Program-made: the position numbers and the translations under genes
Notes under the pieces: generated by a model
Seen by the model: the letters and a program-made list of their open reading frames with translations, nothing else
Database searches by the model: none
What the model was told of the DNA's origin: nothing
Assembly (NCBI GenBank): GCA_036353345.1
Contig: JAZBPE010000002.1
Coordinates: 15,162-79,161 of the forward strand
From: Erythrobacter sp.
Lineage (GTDB): Bacteria; Pseudomonadota; Alphaproteobacteria; Sphingomonadales; Sphingomonadaceae
Length of the DNA: 64,000 bases
Reading direction: 5' to 3'
Part shown: piece by piece, positions 1-15,745 of the stretch
How the letters are laid out: each line of letters starts with the position of its first letter
Position numbering within the stretch: the first letter of the stretch is position 1

Positions 1-580
1 GCCGGCGCGCTGCTTCGAGAAGGCCAGCCTGACGCGGACCCCGATCGAGCGGTATCACCCGGCCGCTCGTGCCGTTGCCAACCGGCGGAGAATAAACCCA
101 GATGGTTCCGCCCGTCGCCGTTGCCGCTTCGCCATACAATCTGCGCGCTTTGCCGAGATCGACCGGGACACCGATCCCCTCCTCGAACCGGATACCGAGT
201 TCTAGTTGGGCGTTCTTGTCGCCCGATTGCGCCATGCGGGCGAGCGAGTTGAGGCTTATCGCGGCAATACCGCTTGGCCCTCGGCCTAATCCGAGCGCGG
301 CGCTGCGGTCCTCGATCGCGACCAGCTTGCGCGCGCAGGAAAAGCTGGGCGCTTTCTGCGCTCGTACAGGCACAAAGCCCCCCGGCACCCGTTCGTAGCA
401 GCCTTCGAGCATCGCGATCAGCATGAGCAGGTTGCGCTCGTGCAGTTGCTGAGCGCGTTCTGGGGAGGCGGTGTTCGTGCCATGATCGGCGGCGATGTTG
501 ATCCCCATATATTCGCACGGCGTACTGCACGCTGCGAGCGCGAGCATCGCGGCAAGCGCGGGACAAAGAGCGCCGCGCAT
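1..580 (-). CDS. Sel1-like repeat lipoprotein, partial (3' end cut by window edge)
   Basis: My own minus-strand translation from the ATG at 580-578 gives MRGALCPALAAMLALAACSTP (signal peptide plus lipobox LAAC). Further on, AQLELGIRFEEGIGVPVDLGKARRLYGEAA resembles a Sel1/TPR-like repeat. The frame stays open to position 1. It is absent from the ORF track because there is no stop in the window. Confidence 0.5.
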   Translation of the reverse strand, partial: MRGALCPALAAMLALAACSTPCEYMGINIAADHGTNTASPERAQQLHERNLLMLIAMLEGCYERVPGGFVPVRAQKAPSFSCARKLVAIEDRSAALGLGRGPSGIAAISLNSLARMAQSGDKNAQLELGIRFEEGIGVPVDLGKARRLYGEAATATGGTIWVYSPPVGNGTSGRVIPLDRGPRQAGLLEAARR

Positions 581-582
581 GC

Positions 583-1908
583 TCAGGCTGCCGCGCGTAC
601 CAACCGCGCGCGCGCTTCGCTCTCGCCAATCAGAGGTAGCAGCTCACTCATGTCGGGTCCGTGGTCCATCCCGGTCAGCGCCTGACGTAGCGGGAGGAAC
701 AGCGCGCGGCCCTTACGCCCGGTCTGCGCCTTCAGGCGGCTTGTGAGCAGGCCCCAGGGATCCTCGCCCCATGTCAGCGCGGCTGCCGCTTCGCCGAGAT
801 AGCTGCGTGTTTCCGCGTCGAATTCCGGTTGCCCGATCGGGCCGGTGACCAATCCCCACCAGTCGCGCGCTTCGGCTACGGTCGCGACGTTGGGCCGCAC
901 CGCGTGCCATCCATTCGCGTCCATCCCAGCAGGCAGGCGGCCTTGCGCCTGTTCGAACGGCATGGCGTGGACGATCGCGGTGTTGATCCGCTCCAGCTCG
1001 GCCTCATCGAACTTTGCAGGCGCGCGGCCGAACGTCGCAAGATCGAAGGTTTCAAGCAACTCCGAGCGGTCGGCGATCGGCTCCACCGGCTGCGAAGTCC
1101 CGAGCCGCGCGAGCAGCGCCACCAGTGCTTCAGGTTCGATCCCGCGTTCGCGAAACGCATCGCAGCCAAGCGAGCCCAGACGCTTCGAAAGCTTGCCCTC
1201 CTTCCCGATCAGCAGCGCTTCGTGCGCAAAAGCGGGCGGCGCACCACCCAACGCTTCGAACATCTGGATCTGCACCGCGGTGTTCGACACGTGATCCTCA
1301 CCGCGCAGAACCTGCGTCACGCCCATATCGATATCGTCAATCGTGCTCGGCAGCATGTAGAGCCATGATCCGTCAGCGCGCCGGATGACCGGGTCTGAAA
1401 GCTGCGCGGGGTCGAAGGTCTGGCTTCCGCGCACGCCGTCGTCCCAGTGGATCGGCGTGTCATGGTCGAGGCGAAAGCGCCAGTGCGGCGCAACGCCTTC
1501 CGCTTCCTTGACCGCGCGATCCGTGTCGCTCAGCTTTAACGCGGCGCGATCATAGATCGGCGGCAGGCCACGTCCGAGCTGGATCTTGCGCTTGAGTTCG
1601 AGCTCATGCGCGGTTTCGTAGGCGGGATAGATACGGCCTGCCTCGCGCAGTTTTGCAGAAGCGCTCTCGTAAATATCGAGGCGCGCTGACTGACGTTCTT
1701 CGCGCGCTGGTTCAAGCCCGAGCCAGGCGAGGTCTTCGCGGATCGCATCGACATAGCGCTCTTCGCTGCGCTCGGCATCGGTATCGTCGATCCGCAGCAG
1801 GAACGAGCCGCCGCCCTTTTTCGCGAGCATCCAATTGTGGAGTGCGGTGCGGATATTGCCGACATGAAGGCGCCCGGTGGGCGATGGGGCGAAGCGGGTG
1901 ATGGTCAT
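583..1908 (-). CDS. gltX: glutamate--tRNA ligase (short ~440-aa alphaproteobacterial type)
   Basis: 441-aa ORF. N-terminus TRFAPSPTGRLHVGNIRTAL carries the class I HIGH-type motif, followed by LLRIDDTDAERS. A KLSKR (KMSKS-type) motif is present. Confidence 0.95.
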   Translation of the reverse strand: MTITRFAPSPTGRLHVGNIRTALHNWMLAKKGGGSFLLRIDDTDAERSEERYVDAIREDLAWLGLEPAREERQSARLDIYESASAKLREAGRIYPAYETAHELELKRKIQLGRGLPPIYDRAALKLSDTDRAVKEAEGVAPHWRFRLDHDTPIHWDDGVRGSQTFDPAQLSDPVIRRADGSWLYMLPSTIDDIDMGVTQVLRGEDHVSNTAVQIQMFEALGGAPPAFAHEALLIGKEGKLSKRLGSLGCDAFRERGIEPEALVALLARLGTSQPVEPIADRSELLETFDLATFGRAPAKFDEAELERINTAIVHAMPFEQAQGRLPAGMDANGWHAVRPNVATVAEARDWWGLVTGPIGQPEFDAETRSYLGEAAAALTWGEDPWGLLTSRLKAQTGRKGRALFLPLRQALTGMDHGPDMSELLPLIGESEARARLVRAAA

Positions 1909-1950
1909 GGCGCCGTGCGATAAAGCGGCCCGCCCCGCCCCGCAACAGAC

Positions 1951-2388
1951 TCAACGAGAGGTAAGTTCGCTCACGACCAAGGCGGTTGTCTCTTCCCAAA
2001 GCATTGGAATGCGGCTTGCGCGCACAAACCCTGCGAGTTGCGCATCGAATGCTTGGCGATCCCGGTTTGCCGCGTGTGTGACCAGCGCCCCGACGGTTAC
2101 CTCGTCATGGGTGAGCACCGGGGAGCAATAGCAGGCGAGCTGGACGTTTTCTGGCCACAACCGCGCCACCGCCTGACCAAGCGCCAGCGCCCTCGCCGCG
2201 ATGGCAACGCCGCCAAGCTGCGCTGCAAGTTCGGGTATGGGGTCGCGGCCCACGCGCTCGTGCAACGCTATGATCCGAAGCGCATAGACGAAACGTGCCG
2301 CGCTTCTGCCCAAATCCTCGATCCTCGAATTCCTGGCGAGGCGAGCTATGGCGGTAGCGGAAGCGGCTGAGCTGTAGCGGTTGACCAT
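1951..2388 (-). CDS. hypothetical protein (145 aa)
   Basis: ORF 1951..2418. I moved the start to MVNRYSS (ATG 2388) because AAAGGA lies 7 nt upstream. No family recognised. Confidence 0.45.
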   Translation of the reverse strand: MVNRYSSAASATAIARLARNSRIEDLGRSAARFVYALRIIALHERVGRDPIPELAAQLGGVAIAARALALGQAVARLWPENVQLACYCSPVLTHDEVTVGALVTHAANRDRQAFDAQLAGFVRASRIPMLWEETTALVVSELTSR

Positions 2389-2462
2389 ACGGTGTCCTTT
2401 TGCTTGTGACGAAGGCACCTTACGTTAACGCGAACGATTATCAATAGCAAAACTGTAGGCCG

Positions 2463-2906
2463 TTATTGCGAGAACACTGCGATGCTATGCCCGCCTCCTT
2501 CGAGCCGCCAGCCATTCTCAGGTGTTCGGCGGACTGCCGTGATGTCATCCAGTACGGCGATCGCAGCGCCTTCTTCCGGGTACAGCGCTCGCTCGCAGAT
2601 CGGGATCGGTATGGGCGTCGTGACCATATCGCGCCCGTCTAGACGGTATCGCCAGCGCGGGCGCACGCATTGCGATGACAGCCGTATTTCGCTCTCCGTG
2701 ACGCTCAGACTGATGGCATGGGGAAGGTTGATCGCACGCCCATCGACACCGGCAAGGCGATATTGACCAACCGGGAGCGCCGGCCCAGAGTGCTGCGCGG
2801 CAGCGGCCGAACCGGTCGGCTCCGGCACGCTGGCAGGCGCAACGTTTGGCCGCTCGCAGGCGGCTAGCGAGAACGCCGACAAAAAGACGATCCAATTGCG
2901 CGTCAT
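2463..2906 (-). CDS. putative lipoprotein, META/HslJ-like domain (tentative)
   Basis: MTRNWIVFLSAFSLAAC gives a signal peptide plus lipobox. Two Cys-containing blocks (SSQCVRPRWRYRLDG and IPICERALYPEE...WRLEGGGHSIAVF) are spaced as in META domains. The family call is from memory only. Confidence 0.5.
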   Translation of the reverse strand: MTRNWIVFLSAFSLAACERPNVAPASVPEPTGSAAAAQHSGPALPVGQYRLAGVDGRAINLPHAISLSVTESEIRLSSQCVRPRWRYRLDGRDMVTTPIPIPICERALYPEEGAAIAVLDDITAVRRTPENGWRLEGGGHSIAVFSQ

Positions 2907-2928
2907 GCTGCATTAACGCCCCGGATAC

Positions 2929-2962
2929 GAAAAGGCCCCACCGGCAAAAGCGCGGCGGGGCC
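2929..2962 (-). terminator. intrinsic terminator downstream of the first PEP-CTERM gene
   Basis: The minus strand reads GGCCCCGCCG-cgcuuuug-CCGGUGGGGCC followed by UUUUCG. Confidence 0.5.
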
Positions 2963-3003
2963 TTCGGAGAGAAGCGCCGGAACGCTCCTTCATCGTTTGT
3001 CGC

Positions 3004-3798
3004 TCAGGCGTAAGTGACGGTGGTGGTGACGTCCTTACGACGACGCATCACCGCGCCGATCCCGAAGAAGCCGAGCAGCATCAGCGCCCAGGTGCTGGGT
3101 TCGGGTACGGCGCCCGGCGGGTTCGTGACCTGACCGACATCGCCGATGGTCATGAGATCGAATGCGAGGATATCGCCTGCTGCACCGACCCCAGCAAAGT
3201 CCACGCTCATGAAGGGATTGGCTGTGTCAATAAACCCGAGAAAATGAACCGAGCCAGATTCAAGAAATGTTCCAGCCGGAGGGCCGAAAACGCTTTCCAA
3301 ATTATAGGTCATGCTCCCGCCCGCCGCATAATTTAGGATAATATCTATATTAGCGAGGTCTTCGAGATCTGTTGCAAAGAATCCGAAAGCAGCGATATTC
3401 TGATCAAAAACGATGCCAAAATCACCGCCTTCTACTGAGTAAAAATTCGATCCACCCACGGCGTATTGACCACTCGACGACGGGAACGCTCGTGTTGCAG
3501 AAGCAACAACCCCGCTTCCCGTCAAGGTAGCACCCAAGGTCCCAGCCGAGCCAGTAAACGAAAGATTAAGCGGAGCCGATGCCCCGGTCGCAAAAGTCTC
3601 GAAACTTTCCGTACTGGTTCCGCTCAGCGCTGAGAGAAATGAGGCAGAAGCTGCGTCAGCATTCGGGTTGGAAGCGACAGCACTTCCCGGACCATTGTTG
3701 ATATCCTGTCCGGAATAAAGGACGGTCGCTGCGTTGGCAGGCGACACAGCGGCGATAGCTACAGCGGCTAAAAGCGGCAGTCGTAAATGCTTGCTCAT
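3004..3798 (-). CDS. PEP-CTERM sorting-domain secreted protein (264 aa)
   Basis: C-terminus VPEPSTWALMLLGFFGIGAVMRRRK has the PEP motif, a TM helix and a basic cluster. Start corrected to MSKHLRLPLLAAVAIAAVSPANA (ATG 3798, GAGGAG RBS, signal peptide). Confidence 0.85.
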   Translation of the reverse strand: MSKHLRLPLLAAVAIAAVSPANAATVLYSGQDINNGPGSAVASNPNADAASASFLSALSGTSTESFETFATGASAPLNLSFTGSAGTLGATLTGSGVVASATRAFPSSSGQYAVGGSNFYSVEGGDFGIVFDQNIAAFGFFATDLEDLANIDIILNYAAGGSMTYNLESVFGPPAGTFLESGSVHFLGFIDTANPFMSVDFAGVGAAGDILAFDLMTIGDVGQVTNPPGAVPEPSTWALMLLGFFGIGAVMRRRKDVTTTVTYA

Positions 3799-3896
3799 CG
3801 GTTTTCTCCTCGCAAAAACAATAACCCGTGGCGCTTCCGTGCTTCGCGCAGGCCACCAGCATAGAGCGCCGGAACGCTCCTTCATCGTTTTTCGGA

Positions 3897-4637
3897 TCAG
3901 GCGTAGCTGACGGTGGTCGTCACATCCTTGCGGCGACGCATCACGGCCCCGATCCCGAAGAAGCCAAGCAGCATCAGCGCCCAGGTGCTGGGTTCGGGCA
4001 CGGCGCCGGTCACTTGTCCAACGTCGCCGATCGTAAGGTTATCAAAACCAAACGAGTCCGACCCGGCGGCAGTGTTTCCAAACCGCAGACCGGTGAAGGG
4101 ATTGGCGGTGTCAATGACGCCGAAATAGAGAAGCGAAGCGTTCGGTGCACCGATCGTATTGGGAATGACGACAACTTCAGGCAACTGGCCGAGCCGCAGA
4201 AGCTCCAACGTCACTTGACCATCGAAGTCCCCGATATCAGTACCGAAAAAGCCGAAAGCCGCGATGGCGTTACTGAAATCGATCTGAAAGTCGCCGCTAA
4301 TGTTAAAATAGTTCGATCCGGAAGTCGCGAACCGACCGCTGCCTGGAATACCGCGGACCTCCCCTCCCGGCCCGGAAAGCGATGCACTGATGGTCCCTGC
4401 CGAACCTTGAAACGTCAGCGAAGATGGCGATACGACCGGGGTGAAGGACTCGAAGTCCTCAGTGCTCACTCCGGCCGTCAATTGCGCCAGAAAGCTGGCT
4501 TCTGCGGTAGCCGGATCACCAGAAACAGCGCCACCCGGATTCAGGTTCTCGCCGAAGAACACCGCCTCGACCGCCGCAGCGGGAGAGGCCATGGTTGCAA
4601 GCGCAGCGGCGCCTGCGAAAAATGCCGTCTTGGTCAT
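3897..4637 (-). CDS. PEP-CTERM sorting-domain secreted protein, paralogue of 3004..3798 (246 aa)
   Basis: It carries the same C-terminal VPEPSTWALMLLGFFGIGAVMRRRK tail. Start corrected to MTKTAFFAGAAALATMASPAAA (ATG 4637, GAGGT RBS). Confidence 0.85.
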   Translation of the reverse strand: MTKTAFFAGAAALATMASPAAAVEAVFFGENLNPGGAVSGDPATAEASFLAQLTAGVSTEDFESFTPVVSPSSLTFQGSAGTISASLSGPGGEVRGIPGSGRFATSGSNYFNISGDFQIDFSNAIAAFGFFGTDIGDFDGQVTLELLRLGQLPEVVVIPNTIGAPNASLLYFGVIDTANPFTGLRFGNTAAGSDSFGFDNLTIGDVGQVTGAVPEPSTWALMLLGFFGIGAVMRRRKDVTTTVSYA

Positions 4638-4973
4638 GTAGTTTACCTCATCATCAAGCCCGTCGCTCAAGCGGCGACCCCTTACGTCTGTCTGAAGACG
4701 CAACCTTGTGTGAGACCCGTCAGTCCGCCGGAGCGGCTTCTTATGGTTGCTGGTTCATTAACAGAAAGGCAGGACATGGCAAGAGCCAAAAAGAGGTGAA
4801 CGAAAGAGGGGAAAGCGGAACCGCAAAGGTGCACATCCGTACGAATTGCCGATTTCTAAGACTTTGCAATGGCTTGAGAGACGAACCAACTTCCCCCTAA
4901 CCAAATCTACGCGCGCTTTTTGATAAAGAGCATTGTCATATCAGGCGGTTTTTCTCCAAACCTCGCTACCAAC

Positions 4974-5014
4974 AGAAAGCCCGCCGGAGGCTCGATGCTT
5001 CCGGCGGGCTTTCT
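4974..5014 (-). terminator. intrinsic terminator after rpoC (hairpin symmetric, possibly bidirectional)
   Basis: AGAAAGCCCGCCGGA-loop-TCCGGCGGGCTTTCT forms a perfect ~15-bp stem about 30 nt downstream of the rpoC stop. Confidence 0.7.
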
Positions 5015-5043
5015 ACTGCTTTCACTTGAGTTCCAGCGTTGGC

Positions 5044-9297
<4,254 letters not shown>

Positions 9298-9364
9298 GTC
9301 TTGGTTCCCTCGGAGGGGTGAAACTTTCGAGAAGCGGGGGGAGGGGGCCTGACGCCCGCCTCCA

Positions 9365-13576
<4,212 letters not shown>

Positions 13577-13671
13577 GGAGGAGATCGTGCCTCTTGATTG
13601 GACGCGCAAGGCAGAGTGCCGCGCGCCGGGTTGTCTTCAGTCATAACGCGAGACTGGAGCCATATCGCACG

Positions 13672-13708
13672 CAAAAGGGCCGCTCTCCCGAACGAACCTT
13701 CCCGGCCC
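13672..13708 (-). terminator. terminator-like hairpin in the rpoB 5' leader (possible attenuator)
   Basis: The minus strand reads GGGCCG-20 nt-CGGCCC followed by UUUUG, about 100 nt upstream of the rpoB ATG. The stem is only 6 bp with a long loop, so this is weak. Confidence 0.3.
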
Positions 13709-14092
13709 GCCTGGCGGCAGCTGATCCTTGACGTCGCGAATATGGCCATGCGCCGCTTCCATTCTTGGCCCGATCCCCGCGCATGAATCGGTCCGGCTCG
13801 AAGCTGGCGTGTGACTGGCCATCTAAGAACGCTGTTGGATTTGTAAAGGGGGGAGGTGCCTTCCGGTTGGCTGACACGCAATTAGGGTCCTCGGCGTCAA
13901 CGGCCCGGTATCGTCTTGCGCCTGCCGCGAGCGAGCCCGCGCTGAGAACCTGCGGCTCGACCCGCCGTGCTTTGGACAAGCAGGATTCAACAGGACAGGG
14001 CGCAACGAATGGTCGCCTGCTTGTGTGGTCGCGATTGACAAGGCCGTCGCACGGTCTCAGTGGCACTTTATACAAAACCGAGGGACCGACTC

Positions 14093-14377
14093 ATGAAAAG
14101 ACTGGTTATTTGTGCCGCCGCTGCCACCTTCGCGCTGGCTGCGTGTGATGGACCTGCCGAAGAAGCAGGTGAAGAGCTTGACGATGTAACCGAGATGCAA
14201 GCCGAAGTGATCGACGAAGAGGCGGAACTTGCCGAAGCGCAAGCCGATCTCGCCGAAGAGCGGGCCGACCTTGCCGACGAACTCGGTGATGAAAGCGCGC
14301 AAACCGGAATGGAGCGCCGGGCCGAGGATCTCGAAGCGCAGGCGGACACTCTTGAGGAACGCGCGGACGGAATGTGA
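14093..14377 (+). CDS. small highly acidic lipoprotein (94 aa)
   Basis: Start corrected to MKRLVICAAAATFALAAC (GAGGGA RBS, lipobox LAAC). The mature part is Glu/Asp/Ala-rich low complexity (EEAGEELDDVTEMQAEVIDEEAELAEAQADLAEERADLADEL). Confidence 0.6.
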   Translation: MKRLVICAAAATFALAACDGPAEEAGEELDDVTEMQAEVIDEEAELAEAQADLAEERADLADELGDESAQTGMERRAEDLEAQADTLEERADGM

Positions 14378-14419
14378 TCGCAGTGAATGGTGGTTATTGA
14401 CTCGACGTAGAAACGCTTT

Positions 14420-14677
14420 AACGGCTCGTGGCTGAACGTACGGCCGTGTTCGCGCCGTTCGTTCATCCGTCCAAGACCGTTGGTGCTCCGGATTTGCTGG
14501 GGCTTAATTTCCAGCCTAGACGGGGAACAGAGAATTCGAGCCATTTGCTCCAACAGCGCCTTGTGCGCGCCTCCTTCCCCATCATTGGACTTTCGATGTC
14601 GATCCACGGCATCGGAGAATGTGAGCCGGCCGCACGCGCAATCCTGTGTGAGCGGCCATGAGTAGAAGGAGTATGGC
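14420..14677 (+). promoter_or_regulatory. long rplJ 5' leader (possible L10-type autoregulatory leader)
   Basis: About 300 nt of non-coding sequence precede rplJ, with TTGACT at 14397-14402. The call is by position only, by analogy with the L10(L12)4-binding leaders of other bacteria. The structure was not verified. Confidence 0.3.
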
Positions 14678-15193
14678 ATGGATCGTTCGCAAAAGGCCGA
14701 CGCGGTAGCCCAGCTCAATGCGGTCTTCAACGAGGTTGGCGTGGTGGTTGTCACCCGCAATCTCGGCCTGACGGTGGATCAGTCCACCGATCTGCGTTCG
14801 AAGATGCGCGATGCTGGCGCGACCTACAAGGTTGCGAAGAATCGTCTCGCCAAGCTCGCCCTTAAGGACACCGACTATACCGGGATCGATGAGTTTCTCA
14901 CCGGCCCGACCGCGCTGGCCTGGTCCGAAGACCCGGTCGCGGCTGCCAAAGCCGCTGTCGATTTCGCCAAGTCGAACGACAAGCTCGAAATCGTCGGTGG
15001 CTCTATGGGTACGCAGGTGCTTGATGAAGCCGGTGTGAGGTCGTTGGCCTCGATGCCGAGCCTCGATGAGCTGCGCGGCAAGATCGTGGGCCTCGTCAAC
15101 GCTCCGGCGACCAAGGTCGCCCAGTTGATGAACGCACCCGCGAACAAGCTTGCCCGTGTCTTTGGAGCCTACGCGGCCAAAGAGGACGCATAA
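14678..15193 (+). CDS. rplJ: 50S ribosomal protein L10
   Basis: [62 protein letters not shown] is typical of L10. Confidence 0.95.
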   Translation: MDRSQKADAVAQLNAVFNEVGVVVVTRNLGLTVDQSTDLRSKMRDAGATYKVAKNRLAKLALKDTDYTGIDEFLTGPTALAWSEDPVAAAKAAVDFAKSNDKLEIVGGSMGTQVLDEAGVRSLASMPSLDELRGKIVGLVNAPATKVAQLMNAPANKLARVFGAYAAKEDA

Positions 15194-15276
15194 GAGACGT
15201 TATTCGTGAGAAAACGAAACATCTGGGGCTTCGGGACGAACCCGTCCGCCCCGCCGCAAAATTTGGAGTGAATATC

Positions 15277-15654
15277 ATGGCTGACATTGCCAAGCTTGTA
15301 GAAGAACTGTCGAAGCTTACCGTCCTTGAAGCGGCCGAACTGGCCACCGCGCTGGAAGAAGAGTGGGGCGTCAGCGCCGCAGCAGCTGTCGCGGTTGCTG
15401 GACCGGGGGGCGGCGGCGAAGCTGCCCCTGCCGAAGAGGAAAAGGACGAATTCGACGTCATCCTCACCGGCGACGGCGGCAAGAAGATCCAGGTCATCAA
15501 GGTGGTCCGTGCGATCACTGGTCTGGGTCTCACCGAAGCCAAGGCGCTGGTCGAAGGCGCGCCCAAGCCGCTCAAGGAAGCTGCGAACAAGGCCGAAGCC
15601 GAAGAAATCAAGGCCAAGGTCGAAGAAGCCGGCGGTACCGTCGAGCTCAAGTAA
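15277..15654 (+). CDS. rplL: 50S ribosomal protein L7/L12
   Basis: Start moved to ATG 15277 ([11 protein letters not shown]), with GGAG at 15265-15268. The C-terminal [32 protein letters not shown]...VELK is canonical. Confidence 0.95.
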   Translation: MADIAKLVEELSKLTVLEAAELATALEEEWGVSAAAAVAVAGPGGGGEAAPAEEEKDEFDVILTGDGGKKIQVIKVVRAITGLGLTEAKALVEGAPKPLKEAANKAEAEEIKAKVEEAGGTVELK

Positions 15655-15684
15655 GCGTCTTTCGAGCTTCGCTGAAAACACGAA

Positions 15685-15716
15685 GGGCGGTGCCAGCAAT
15701 GGCGCCGCCCTTTTTC
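15685..15716 (+). terminator. intrinsic terminator after rplL
   Basis: GGGCGGTGCC-agcaat-GGCGCCGCCC followed by TTTTT. Confidence 0.8.
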
Positions 15717-15745
15717 GTTCAGCCTCACCGTTCACCGGCGCGCGC

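Noticed and set aside
14061-14076. TGGCAC sequence resembling a sigma-54 -24 element upstream of the acidic lipoprotein gene. A similar TGGCAG-N5-TGGCA occurs at 26511-26526 upstream of polA.
   Set aside because: The first lacks the -12 GC element at the right spacing. The second has TGGCA instead of TTGCA and precedes a housekeeping gene not expected to be sigma-54 dependent.
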